The position numbers were made by a program, and so were the translations under genes. The notes under the pieces are model-generated. The model ran no database searches. It worked only from the letters and a program-made list of their open reading frames with translations, and was not told where the DNA came from. DNA of 64,000 nucleotides from Laetmonice hystrix (Eukaryota). This document shows positions 26,381 through 40,182 of the stretch, one piece after another. Where the stretch lies: positions 4,776,001 to 4,840,000 of the forward strand of contig OZ249436.1 of NCBI GenBank assembly GCA_965235115.1. The letters are read 5' to 3'. The stretch's first letter is position 1; the number at the start of each line of letters is the position of its first letter.

Positions 26381-27210
26381 CATGACCACGACTGAATCCC
26401 CACCAATCAGGGACCGTCATGTTTGACCACATGACCACGACTCACCACGACCCACCAATCAGGGACCGTCATGTTTGACCACATGACCACGACTGAATCC
26501 CCACCAATCAGGGACCGCCATGTTTGACCACATGACCACGACTGAATCCCCACCAATCAGGGACCATCATGTTTGACCACATGACCACGACTGAATCCCC
26601 ACCAATCAGGGACCATCATGTTTGACCACATGACCACGACTGAATCCCCACCAATCAGGGACCGCCATGTTTGACCACATGACCACGACTCACCACGACC
26701 CACCAATCAGGGACCGTCATGTTTGACCACATGACCACGACTGAATACCCACCAATCAGGGACCGTCATGTTTGACCACATGACCACGACTGAATCCCCA
26801 CCAATCAGGGACCGTCATGTTTGACCACATGATCACGACTGAATCCCCACCAATCAGGGACCGCCATGTTTGACCACATGACCACGACTGAATCCCCACC
26901 AATCAGGGACCGCCATGTTTGACCACATGACCACGACTGAATCCCCACCAATCAGGGACCATCATGTTTGACCACATGACCACGACTGAATCCCCACCAA
27001 TCAGGGACCGCCATGTTTGACCACATGACCACGACTGAATACCCACCAATCAGGAACCGTCATGTTTGACCACATGACTACGACTCACCACGACCCACCA
27101 ATCAGGGACCGCCATGTTTGACCACATGACCACGACCCCACCAATCAGGGACCGCCATGTTTGACCACATGACCACGACATAATTCCCACTAATCACGAA
27201 CCATCATGTT
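26381..27210. repeat. Minisatellite, 49-bp unit with a CCAATCAG box, ~16 copies
   Basis: Unit CATGACCACGACTGAATCCCCACCAATCAGGGACCGTCATGTTTGACCA. Confidence 0.95.
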
Positions 27211-30200
27211 ACCTTTTATAGCGTCACGTCCTAACAATGTCTGATATGTTGATGGTGGTGAGAACACCTGTAGACGCCAACAGGATTCCAGTGTTTACTG
27301 TTAACCACAGTGAGCCCTAGTTAGTTGAGCAGGCGTAGCGAAATTCTCCCTATACGAGACCAACAACGAGTGTCATTGTCTAGAATACACTGTGAACATT
27401 GCAGTGCCTCCCCCAGTGAGAAGTAGCAGGGCGCGGCGCCCTGCCTTTATAAGCACCTGCCCTGACCTCTTGAAGAAAGTCCTGCCCCTACCAGACAGCG
27501 CCCTTCCACCCCCATTACCCCAAAGTTTCCAGGAAGAGACTGTTGTTACACAGACCTCAAAGAAGCAGTTCAGTCATTATAGAGTAGGCCTAGCAGCGGA
27601 ACAGATAATAGGCCTATAGGTCAATATTTTGTTATTTATTTTATTTGATTTGCCTCCAAAAGGAGAGTACATATACAAAGTAGATAAAAGATAAACAGGA
27701 ATAAATATTGGGGGGGGGGGGCATTTTTCTTGAGTTAGTGGAACATGGTTGCATACATGTAGGCCTATATGATACAAAAACAGATCTAGGAATAATTTTA
27801 ACATGCCATAAAAGTCTACAAAAGCCGCAGGATTATTGGGGAGAAGGCCCCAATAAAATTATTGGGGGGCCAGTTCCACCTGCCCCCCTTCCGCCGCCTA
27901 TACCTGCATAAACGCATACATTATACAGTACCCCTATACAATATCCTCTTTCTTAAATTGTTTCTTGGTATCCCAGATATCCCCCTCCATAACACTTCAG
28001 GCCCCCGGCACTTGCCCCTCGGCCTTATAGGCACGGACTGCATAAGAATAGTGGTTGTATTATTTTCAAGGTCCACGCGGACTCCATGTTCACCCCCATT
28101 TGCTTTTGCACAGCGCGTGTAAATATAGCGGGCCGATGGCCTGGACACTGGTCACTCTGGTATGGGACACGCTCCATTGACTCCCATTGGGAATGTTTAC
28201 CACCTGGCTATATATAGCAGCCGACAAAATGTCGACCGAAATCCCGACGTTGGGGTACAAAATTAATGAGCAAAAAACGACATGAAAGTGAACATTGCAA
28301 TAAAAATAAAATAGCCCATGGCCATGTCGGAGGATAATGTAGGCATTTCGGGCAGTTTGAGGGGCGTACACGTTGGCACAGAAGAGCAGATAGCCCGAGT
28401 TGCTGGAACCGTATTAATCGATAGATGTGAAGATGGGTATAGAAAACACCGATATGCTTATAGTAACTGTACCAAATCTTATGGAAGATTATCTTTCTTA
28501 CAGCGCGGCAGGATCAGCGCCCACGGCCGGCGTAGTAATATTTTGTGATCCATTCTGGTGAAATACTCCTCCTCGTGTCATCCGACCAGTGTGACAAGAT
28601 AATAGTTAGCCAACTTCAAGGCCAACACAAAACCTGAGGCCAAGATGAAGGGGGGGTCCAAACCCTTCCCCTTCTCCCTCGCCCGGTTCTGGTGCCTATA
28701 GACATGCCATTTATATTAATTTTGTATAGGCCGTGTATGCTAGTTGCTGAGTCTATAGATGATGGCACCTACCCAAGGAGATTAAGACAAACCTAAAGGC
28801 CATGAACGGTGACTTTATAAATAATTGGTTGATGGCTTCTCATGTTATATTCCACTTTGTTATAAGCAAATCAGTCATCTGTTCCTCAGTGCATCATCCA
28901 CATTCAAACTTTAGGGTCTATCAAAGGGACAGCTAGAGAAACAGTCTCGGTAACGCCAGACTCTCCGAGATGAGACGTTGAGGGTCTGGATGATGCCCAA
29001 AAGGTTTCAGCTGATACAGGCCTACCGTTAACCTGTAGCATAGGGTTCAGATACAGAATCACGTACGGTAGGCGAACCGAGGGGGGAGGGTAACAAGTTA
29101 AAATTTTAAATTAAGTTATTTTCGAACAGTCCAAAGATAAAATGACAGACGTAGCAGTGAAAAAAACTGATACGATAGGGGCAATTCTTCGCTTGGAAAA
29201 ACTGGATACGTGTATTTCTCGGCCTAGGTCTATACCCATCCAACTGGTTGACGTCAAGCTGCCGTTACGTCATTCCTAAAACTCTCAACCACACACCTGG
29301 GCTGTACATATAGGCCCTATATACCTGGTCGACTCAGTGGGGGTGGGCAGCAGGGGCGGGGGGGAGTCGGGACCTGCCGTGCGACATTTGCCAAGTTGGC
29401 AACAACATCAACGACCACAGGCATTGCGACAGACGCCACCGATAGGGTGAGCTGCCAAAACGACGGCTTCTATTCGCGGCGACAGTCTCACTGAGTCACA
29501 GCGGTCGAGACATTATGTATACTCAGTTCATAAACTGTGGAATATACATCAAGAAATGTGTAAATCTTTTGTTTGCATGTGGGTGTGCATGTTTATGCAG
29601 GCATGCGAATGTTAATATAGGCCCTATATACTTGTTTCTAGGCCTATTTGAATTGTCTGAGAGTATATTTTATATTATAAATGCATACATGTAGCCTATA
29701 ATTTATGAATGCATATAACGTTAATGTAGGCCTATATACCATCGTATGTCTTAATGAAAAACATAGGCCTATTTGGCTATAATACAATATAAAACATATG
29801 AATATTTCCCATAGTTATTTTATGCCATGTTTGCTGCCCGTTTTTGTGTTCAAAGCATGTGTACTGTTAGATTGAATGTTCTATGTCTGTCACCTCCGTG
29901 ACTATTCCGAACTCCAATGATTATTAGCGCAATGGGAACGTGAACGTACATAGGTGCCCAACCACAGACTCCATAGCTATTGTTTACAACATGAAATTTA
30001 TATACAGTTCTACGAATCTCACGGTTTGGAAAGACACAAAACCTACCTCTTGAGTTGGCAATGCGCCACGCTAACACAAACCATCATAATTATGCGTGGA
30101 TGCACCCATACAAAACCCTGAGCACGTATTGAATCATGTACAACAATTTGCCATGACAATCTTTGGCCATTGACGTCAGTTGCTGGCTATCAATATGTAA

Positions 30201-32401
30201 CGTGTAACGCCGTATAAGTTAGACCTTGGGGAAATAATAGATCTATTATTACCTCAAGGGTAGACCATGCATGACCGACGATCGCTAGCTATGGGAGGTG
30301 TACATTTATTATAGGCCCCTATAGGCCTATACGCATATATCTACACATATGTGGGAAATTAGAGGTGCACAGATATCCCGTCTCCTCTTTGGATTTATAC
30401 AATCTCATCTTTTTCTCAGGCATATTAAAGGGGCACAATTTTCCGACCGACTTTTTCTTATATAATGGCGTAAAGAGGTCCAAAATAAATATTCCTACCC
30501 TGAAAATAGCGTTGATTTGCCTGTAATCAAACCCTAGGCAGCCCCCAAAGTGGTGTGCACTGAACTCGCACCTGATCCAAGAAATTTAATCTCTGCATGC
30601 ATGTCTATACAACATAGTCTAAGATATGGAGACCAGGCTCTCAATCTCCCATTACCTGAATTACCCCCACACCCACTCCCACCCCACCCTGACAGTAGTT
30701 GATACGTTGATTGCCATACTCACAAGAGGCACTCCACTTTAAAAAGGTGTTACAATGAGTCACGTGGTACCCTAGCATGCATACCACGTCTCTAGGCCAG
30801 GCGGCGTTCATCGTTTGAAGAACGCGCCTCACCCCATTGATGGACGCGGAAGGGGGAGGGTTCTCTTTGAATGCCATGTCATGTTAGATTACAGCCTCTC
30901 AGGGTGGAGGGGTAGCGTTTGTGGCAGACAACACCCCAGTGAACAGACACAGGCGGGTGGGTCACCCATCTGCTCCACCAACCTCTTCTACCCCCGCAGG
31001 GAAATTCCAAGTTTATCCAAGAATAACTTTACTACCGAGGTCGATCTGATGCAGGTTGGCACAAACTTGGCAGTCATTCATGAATGTGTATACGGGAAGG
31101 GTGTGAATATGTCGGTAACCCCGGGTCAAGATTCCGCCCTGTACCAGATATATACCAATAATATCACTGAGGAGATACAAACCGATTTTACCCCCGTATA
31201 CTATCCCGTCTCCAAGGCGACAGGTGACTCAGCGTTGTGCCCTTTTTAACACCACCTGTCGCTATGTCGACATACCCGCTGTAGTTACTGCGCAGTTACC
31301 CGCCCCCGCTACAGCTGGGAGCTCGTTCGTATAGGTGCGGAGGGTGGATGGCAACACGCAACCATATAGGCCTACAGCGGTCTGCTGCGGAGGCTGAGAC
31401 TGGCCGGAGACCAGCGTTCGTTGTGACCTATACCCATCCCACTCCAACGGGTGAAGAGGGATTATAATGTCCTGATTTCATCGCGATATATGACGCAATA
31501 AATACATTATGTCACAAATGCGGTAATTCTTAATTTTAAACACCTTGAATACTGTATTTATCGCGATAACCCCCATTTTCTGATTCTCAGGGACAATGTT
31601 AGTACATAATACTGCGAAAATAATACTACTTTTGGCCAATGTGAGCCCGGCCGTATAGCACCATCTCTGTATCCCCTCGCCAGAGGGGTGGTTTTTCCCC
31701 GCCACTCACTGGTGGCCGGGGCTCCACAACATGGTTTGTCTGTCTGCGGTCGGCAGATAGCTGCTGTGAGCCAACTCCGAACATACACTGTACATGTATA
31801 TACCTGCTGCTGGAGTGAATAGCCTATCCAGGACATAGTTTTGGCCTTGTTATACCCGCAGTGCGTTGGTCGGTGTACTGTTGCTATACCTTTGATAGCC
31901 ATCAGTCTATACGACTGGCAGTATGCATCGACCTTCGGTATAACAGACCACTAGAATCGATGAATTCATTCTGTAATTTCCCTCAGTTACGCCTGCAGCC
32001 ATCATGAATTGGACCTATATTGGCCTTCTCTTAAGAAACGTAAACGGTCTATATACCGAAGGAACTTATTATTAAAGATGTCTAGGGTGGGCTTGGTTAC
32101 AGTTGGTACAGTATGACGCAACATCGATGTAATTGTTGAAATGCAGCCTCAGTCAACATATTTACACATTCGATTTTTACATACACGCATTGCGGACATC
32201 ACGCATCACATTCCACGAAATCCACTCATACCATCACAGTCAGGGCATCATCAGCCTGGCTCCAGAAGGTCAATAATAGATCAAATATGCATCACATTCT
32301 ACAGGCTCACGCTGCATTAATGCCATCAGACTCCCTGACCCTCGGTTTATAGGTGAAAACATGGGGTGGGGGACGAGGTGGGGGAGAGGAGTAGGAGGAG
32401 C

Positions 32402-32740
<339 letters not shown>

Positions 32741-33108
32741 GGAGAAGAAGGGAGTGAAGGGTTATCATCTCCTGACCATTACTCACGTGGAAGGATGTAG
32801 CATGAATCGAGCGATAAGAACCGGAAACATGCCCTGATCGTGAGGAATTGGTCGAGTCACGTGACAGAGTACTCAACTGGGGATAGTTTACCACTACATT
32901 ATCGGGGGGGGGGGGGGTGGTTGGTTCACCACAAAAACATTATCGCCTATACCAAAGGAGAAATACTGATGACTCCATACGGGACCACTGGTATTGGACA
33001 AGGCAATGAACATGTATTAAAGGGGCTTATGCCCATTTTACTTAAATGCTGTGTTCAGGCGTTCTACATATTCATGCACATAAATGGCCTATAAGGTACA
33101 TTCTATTA

Positions 33109-33487
33109 GGCCACTTAAAATTAATAAATTGTTTTACATGACTCCAACTTCTGAAATGTTGGTGAGTAGGGCATTTTATATTTTATATTTTATATTTTTC
33201 CTCGACTTTAAAATTGGACTGTAAAGCAGGATGGCTATTTCTAACCTGTTACCAAAGGAGAAAACAATTACATTGCATTTGGCCAAAAGTGCCTTTGGTT
33301 TCACAAGGACCAGCAAGTGTCAGACTTTACACTGAAACATTCTATCTGTGACATCATGACATCTCTAACGGTTTTGGGGATGAAAAAACGGGACTTTTTG
33401 AAAAATATAAAATATAAAAAAATCGAGGCGGCGCCAAAAAATTGAGGCGGCCGGCCATGTAAAACAATTTATTAATTTTAAGTGGCC
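33109..33487. mobile_element. PIF/Harbinger-type MITE (379 bp)
   Basis: Perfect 32-bp TIRs (GGCCACTTAAAATTAATAAATTGTTTTACATG) with a TTA target-site duplication on both sides (33106-33108, 33488-33490). No ORF. Confidence 0.9.
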
Positions 33488-34791
33488 TTATATGATGTTT
33501 GACAGCTTAATTTAAATAAGGCGGAATGACAAAGAGAAACACAAAACCATTCTTGGGTGTGGGCTACATTACAGCAATGTCGATAAGATTACATGAAGAA
33601 AAACTATCGTCAGAAACACAGGATTGTTTTGTTTCATAATCAGCAACATACCGCTCCATCTGAGAAACTAAAACACGGATAAAAAAATTATTTGCCTTTT
33701 TTCAATAGTTTCTGGGTCTGCGGTATGTCGGCTTATCACTAATGAAACCTCCATATACCTCTGATTGGGTTGTTTACTTCTAACCACGCTAACGACCTTT
33801 CGCCCTTGGAGTGATTCATGTCATAGGTAACATTTCATCGTGTTACATAACAATGTTTATGGCGGGTCGTGGTCATGTAGGAACCTTGCTTGTCTGAGCA
33901 GACCTTTGTACGTAAAGACCACAAACTTGAGCATTATATCGGGTATACGATGGTCGTATAGAGTCGGCGGTGTGGGGCGGTGTACATCAAAGCTAGCCAG
34001 GTGACCGCTGTGCTGGCACACTGCCAGAGTGAGACGCTTGACCACAACAACATGGTGATATTTACGTGTAATGCTGGTATGTGGCAAGGGCAAAGGGTCA
34101 TCGCGTGGTCTGTGATAGGAATAGCACCGTAAATTCTCTATATAGAACATCTAATGTAGCTGCTACTTCAATGGGAGAAGATCAGGCCACAATGTCTGTG
34201 GATTAGAATGGAAGATTTTACCTCGATCAAAGTAAAAGTCCTTGGATCATTATCGGCGCCTTCCATGATTCGCGTGGGGTGTGGATAACTTCAAAAAGTC
34301 ACAGTGCGATTTCATTTAGGGGTGGCTATAGAGCCAGGTAATTTGCGGCAAGGATTATGCTATAGACCTAAGGATTATACGATTTTCTTGTGGTGTAGGC
34401 CCGGTTATGTAACACGTTAATCATCATAACATTGGAGCCATGTTAAACGCCTTGTGGTATACAATGTATATCAACAACATGCTATAGACCTATGCATGCA
34501 TGTGTACTAGGTGGACCTGAAAGTTGGACATCAACACTTTCTGTATAGGAGAATCGGGGAGGGGGGCACAGGGGGCACGTGCCCCCCTTTAGTTTCCACA
34601 ATTCCTAATTATAAATACTTATTTAAAAATAATTTGTCATATGTAGATTAGACACACATCACGTCCGACAACAAAAGAGCTTTAATAATGCAAACAATGA
34701 ATTGTTTTCCTGTGCCCCCCCCCCCTTTAGTGACATTCTGGATCCAGTGTTATGAGATGGGGTAGGCCTACATGTAGGCCCTACCTTTCGC

Positions 34792-35274
34792 AAGCCCCTT
34801 TCCCACTTTCACGATTTTTACGCCGATGGATCGTCATGGATCATGGATCGTCATAATGTCTTAGCCATGTCGTAGTCATGTCGTAATGGTGTCCTGACAG
34901 ATCGTGTTAGGATCGTGATTGTTCGTGAATATTCGTAGGCAATCGTCTTGTGGGTAATGGCCAAGATTGTGGAAGATGTAGTCACGATATGCTACGAATG
35001 CCCACGACATAACACGATATGAACACGAACGGAATGAGACACACCATCTTGTCACTCTCTTGGCAAGTCGTGACATGTCGTACTTATGTTGTAGTTGCTC
35101 GTACCGATATCGTGATTGTTCGTTATTGTTTCGGGTCAAATCGTGCCTGTGTCGTACAAGTATCGTGGCTTTTTTGTGCTTTTCAGGCGGACAGATCGCG
35201 ACTCACTACGATAAATAGGTCTTGGTATATCGGCATGAATCGGCGTAAAAATCGTGAAGGTGGGAACGGGGCTT
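34792..35274. mobile_element. MITE, probably Harbinger-like (~480 bp)
   Basis: ~36-bp TIRs AAGCCCC(T/G)TTCCCAC(T/C)TTCACGATTTTTACGCCGAT with 2 mismatches. Interior is rich in TCGT/ACGA. TSD not clean. Confidence 0.8.
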
Positions 35275-36407
35275 TGTCCATGTAACGTTTCTAGCTGAAA
35301 TATCCCAATCATCTGAGAGTCCATGTATCTGATAGGCCACAAGAGTCTGCTGAAGATCAAAACTGAAACCGTTGGGAATGGACGAAAGAATAATAGGTTA
35401 TTGAGGCCCCTGAAAATGGAACTTCAGTCCCCACACGCTTAGAACTATCTAAAGATCTACAGATACAAGGGGCCAATACTTGAAGACTTGATTAACTGGA
35501 TATCCTCCTTACGGATTAAACCTTTTCCATTCATCTGCTTATATTAGGCCCAGGTTAGATGTACACATCCCCCCGCCATCTCTGCCCACGGGAAGGATTC
35601 CCAGACACAGTGTCATAGATAGGGCCTACGTGATGATGTTACATACATCACATGTCCATTGATGATAGCATGTAGCTCGCGGGTACCAGTACACTAACGA
35701 CATCGTTTACGACATGTCGCAAACCGAAAGGAGACGGTCAGCTGCCCAGATTTAGCGCTCGACATTTTGGTGGTGAGAGGAGAGTATAGTTGGAGGACGG
35801 TGTATGAGCGTGTAGCTGACGGCTGTGGGTGTGAGGTTTGTCACGAGGCTCACAATGAGGGACGCCACAAGGCGGTAGTGGCGACATCCTGGCGCCTGTG
35901 GCAAGCTCTGGGAGAAGTCACGTGGTACTTTGTGACGTCACATGACATATGGAACATTTGCAGTGGGCCCACATAAAGCCCTATTGAATCACACAGATTA
36001 CTCTCCCGAGGTGAAGAACAACAAAGATATCGCCTATAATAGGCCTACATAACTCTTCATGCCTTCCATTTCTTTATACCCGATCGCTTTAAAGATTGCG
36101 ATCATCATGCTATGCCTCTAGGCCTATAGAAGCAGTGGTTATAGATCTAAGCCATAGTCAGGCCTATACCTATAGATCTATAGTATATCTGGCATTTATT
36201 ACAATCATTATTTCTCAAGACCCCCCACCCAAGTCCCATTGAGTTTCCCTTTAGCCTTGAATTCTTTTATTTTCTTGCTTTCCATTTTTATGTTAATGAC
36301 GTAGGCCTGGTAAGACCTATAGCTGTGGCCATGCAAAAACTCCATTTCACCGCTTCCTATATCAGAGAAAGGCTTTACAAAGAAACGAACAATGCAACTC
36401 TTCCTGA

Positions 36408-37600
36408 TTCCATGTGCAGGCCTATCCTCCTATCCCATGCAGGCCTATCCTCCTATCCCATACAGGTCTGTCCTCCTATTCCATGCAGGCCTATCCTCCT
36501 ATTCCATGCAGGCCTATCCTCCTATTCCATGTGCAGGCCTATCCTCCTATCCCATGCAGGCCTATCCTCCTATCCCATGCAGGCCTATCCTATTCCATGC
36601 AGGCCAATCCTCCTATCCCATGCAGGCCTATCCTCCTATCCCATGCAGGCCTATCCTCCTATTCCATGCAGGCCTATCCTCCTATCCCATGCAGGCCTAT
36701 CCTCCTATCCCATGCAGGCCTGTCCTCCTATTCCATGCAGGCCTGTCCTCCTATTCCATGCAGGCCTATCCTCCTATTCCATGCAGGCCTTTCCTCCTAT
36801 CCCATGCAGGCCTATCCTCCTATCCCATGCAGGCCTATCCTCCTATCCCATGCAGGCCTATCCTCCTATTCCATGCAGGCCTATCCTCCTATCCCATGCA
36901 GGCCTATCCTCCTATCCCATGCAGGCCTATCCTCCTATTCCATGCAGGCCTATCCTCCTATTCCATGCAGGCCTATCCTCCTATCCCATGCAGGCCTGTC
37001 CTCCTATCCCATGCAGGCCTGTCCTCCTATTCCATGCAGGCCTATCCTCCTATTCCATGTGCAGGCCTATCCTCCTATCCCATGCAGGCCTATCCTCCTA
37101 TCCCATGCAGGCCTATTCTCCTATTCCATGCAGGCCTATCCTCCTATCCCATGCAGGCCTATCCTCCTATCCCATGCAGGCCTATCCTCCTATTCCATGC
37201 AGGCCTATCCTCCTATCCCATGCAGGCCTATCCTCCTATCCCATGCAGGCCTATCATCCTATCCCATGCAGGCCTGTCCTCCTATTCCATGTAGGCCTGT
37301 CCTCCTATTCCATGCAGGCCTGTCCTCCTATTCCATGCAGGCCTATCCTCCTATTCCATGCAGGCCTATCCTCCTATTCCATGCAGGCCTATCCTCCTAT
37401 CCCATGCAGGCCTATCCTCCTATCCCATGCAGGCCTATCCTCCTATTCCATGCAGGCCTATCCTCCTATCCCATGCAGGCCTATCCTCCTATTCCATGCA
37501 GGCCTATCCTCCTATCCCATGCAGGCCTATCCTCCTATTCCATGCAGGCCTATCCTATCCCATGCATGCCTATCCTCCTATCCCATGCAGGCCTATCCTA
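36408..37600. repeat. Minisatellite, 23-bp unit CCATGCAGGCCTATCCTCCTAT(C/T), ~50 copies
   Basis: Direct reading; it explains the three overlapping long + strand ORFs. Confidence 0.97.
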
Positions 37601-37890
37601 ATCCTGCAATAATAAGGGGGACACGATCATACCATTGGCGGTCTTTCAGAGATACATTTAATACGCATTTAATATTAAAATGCTCAATTAAATTTACTAT
37701 TATTATTTGTTATAGCTTGCATAAGCGCAATAACCCATCCAATAAAGAAAAATAGAAAAAAAAAATATTCTGCCGTTAATGAATAAGTGGATACATGTAT
37801 TCTAAAGCTCGCTTTTTGAATTAGGCCGAATTTTTTATTTTTTCGTTTCAATTGTTACCGGAAGCAATGTTTTGACAGATCAAATATTCA

Positions 37891-38533
37891 CAACCTGGGG
37901 GGGCTAACGTGTCAAGTCAATTAAGGACAGGAACCCTGCACACCCAATACAGGCATCTCCAGTGATAAGGTTACGGAACGCTGTGACGTCACACCGCGTT
38001 CATAGGTTGGGCGTGTGACCCCACCACTATGTAGACCTAAAGGGAATAAATTAATGACAGTTCTTCAATATCATACATAATGTGTTCGAGAGTATACCAA
38101 AAAAAGACATCCACATGATAAACCCTTCATGGACCACAAAGTGTAACATAATAACGAGAGAACTCCTTTTGAGGTAATAACCTGGGGTCAGAGGCTTACA
38201 GTGGCCACTGCCAACACGATTTACATCCCCCGTAATCGTTGACCAGCTATTGACTTTCACGGTGCTGACCAGAGGTCGGCCTTCCGTCTGGTGTTATGGG
38301 TTTCGTATGGTCAACTTTGATCGACCACGGTTTGCTTTGGTTACGCCAGAGTGTGAAGGTTAGATGCGGCCGGAGCTCAACCTGGGGCGGCTAATGTGTG
38401 AAGTCAATTCAGGACAGAAACCCTGCACGCACCCAATACAGGCGTCTCCAGTGATAAGGTTACGGAACGCTGTGACGTCACACCGCGTCCATAGGTTGAG
38501 GCTTGGCGCGGTGGTGAGCGTGTGACCCCACCA
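37891..38533. repeat. Pair of ~135-155-bp direct repeats separated by ~350 bp
   Basis: CAACCTGGGG...CTCCAGTGATAAGGTTACGGAACGCTGTGACGTCACACCGCG...TGTGACCCCACCA at ~37891-38027 and ~38378-38533. Confidence 0.85.
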
Positions 38534-39637
38534 ACTGGTTAATGTAACAATAACAATCATATAGACGTGGAAAGATTAATAATCAGTTAGATTATGCATC
38601 AGTCATACTCAATTGTTTTATTTCATTCTCAGCTGATTATAGCAAACAATAATGATCTTTAATGGAACCTGCCCAAAGGCTGAAGCAATACCTATATGGC
38701 CTACGTATTGTGATGACGCGATCTCAGCCGTCTAGGACTAGTTATAGAATAGCCTATAGATCTCAGGCCTATACCCACAGATTCACGAAGGATCCACATA
38801 ATTGAACAAAGTGATATGCTAGCGCCCCTGAGATCTCCTATATTCCAGAAGTAAAGTTATTATTTTTCAATCCTTTGAATTCACACTATACACCCCCCCC
38901 CCCCCGAGTTTGCCTATAGGGGCGAGCTCCATGGCCGTGCTTGCCCCCCCCCCCCCCACTCCACCCAACCCCACCTCCAGCCCAGCACGATGATTAGGAA
39001 ACACCGTGGATGTTGGCATTCCAGTCAAGGTCATCACCCCAATCACACGACTGTTGTTTATTGTAGGCTACAGAGGATCTCTCCGTAACTTATGGATAAC
39101 ATCAACAAGCTATATCCGCGAAAACCTTGCCAACATCGAGACATAACCTCACCCACGTTTCTAACTAGTCCCCCATCCTTGTCCTTCGCTGACTCCGGTG
39201 TCTGGCTCCCGGCGAGGCCTTGATTCAACCTTGACAATGATCGTCGACATGACAAGGTCAACCGGAAGAGACGTCAGACGTACGCCTACATCTCGCGACG
39301 CCGAGAGTTGAACGATATGTAGTTCACACCTTTACCTTAATAATCTCTATATTGTCCTGCCGTGAACGTTTAGGTTGTTAAATTCGAATTTTTATTTTGA
39401 AAAACAAGTACTGCATTTTGTAAATTATGCAAGGTGACACAGCCTATTCTATAACTGCCGAGCCAGGATAGCTGCCAAATTTACACTGGAACAGGGCCCA
39501 CTAAATATATTTGAGCTGATAAAGGAATAACATGACCGTCATCGGCAAACAAAACAAACATTACGAATTGTCTAAATAACGTTACCGATGCTCTCGATAT
39601 TATCATTATCATTTTCTATAACAAATATAATAGAAGC

Positions 39638-39843
39638 AGGGCCGTATCCTGGGGAGGTTACAGGGTGGCTGCAACCCCCCCCCCCCCCCCCAACCCCCAA
39701 CCCCCCTTGGGTCCAGCCTTAAAAATAAATTAGGCCTTTTTTGAAATATCTAACCTTTATTGGAGCCACACAAAGGGTGCTGATGCGGTCGCAGACTTTG
39801 AACCCCCCCCCCCCCCCCGGCCCCTTGGCAGGATACGGCCCTT
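39638..39843. mobile_element. Short MITE with 14-bp TIRs and a flanking direct repeat (hAT-like)
   Basis: AGGGCCGTATCCTG ... CAGGATACGGCCCT, with ATAGAAGC duplicated at 39630-39637 and 39844-39851. Poly-C tracts inside. Confidence 0.8.
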
Positions 39844-40182
39844 ATAGAAGCGAGCACTAACCGATGACAATTTCTTCTTGCTTCTCTCTTCGTTTTACGC
39901 TACCAATGCTTCCAATGTAATCGTCTATATAGTTTCACCAAAATGTATTCCTATTTCAGTATTTTTATGTCTAGTTTTGTTTCGTGGAGGCATAATCATT
40001 ATCATTTCCAGATAAAATTTTAATCACTAGGCTATCACAATAATCACCATGTAACATTATAGGCCTACCCTATTCATACGATTTCCGCTTCGATTTTAAT
40101 CATAGTAGGGCCCAAACACTCCCTGCACTCCCTCTGGCCTGCATATATAAGATCAATCAATGCGAGATGTCCCCAGAGACTT

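Noticed and set aside
36325..37755. 476/395/300-aa Pro-rich ORFs
   Set aside because: All three frames are open because the 23-bp repeat lacks stop codons on this strand.
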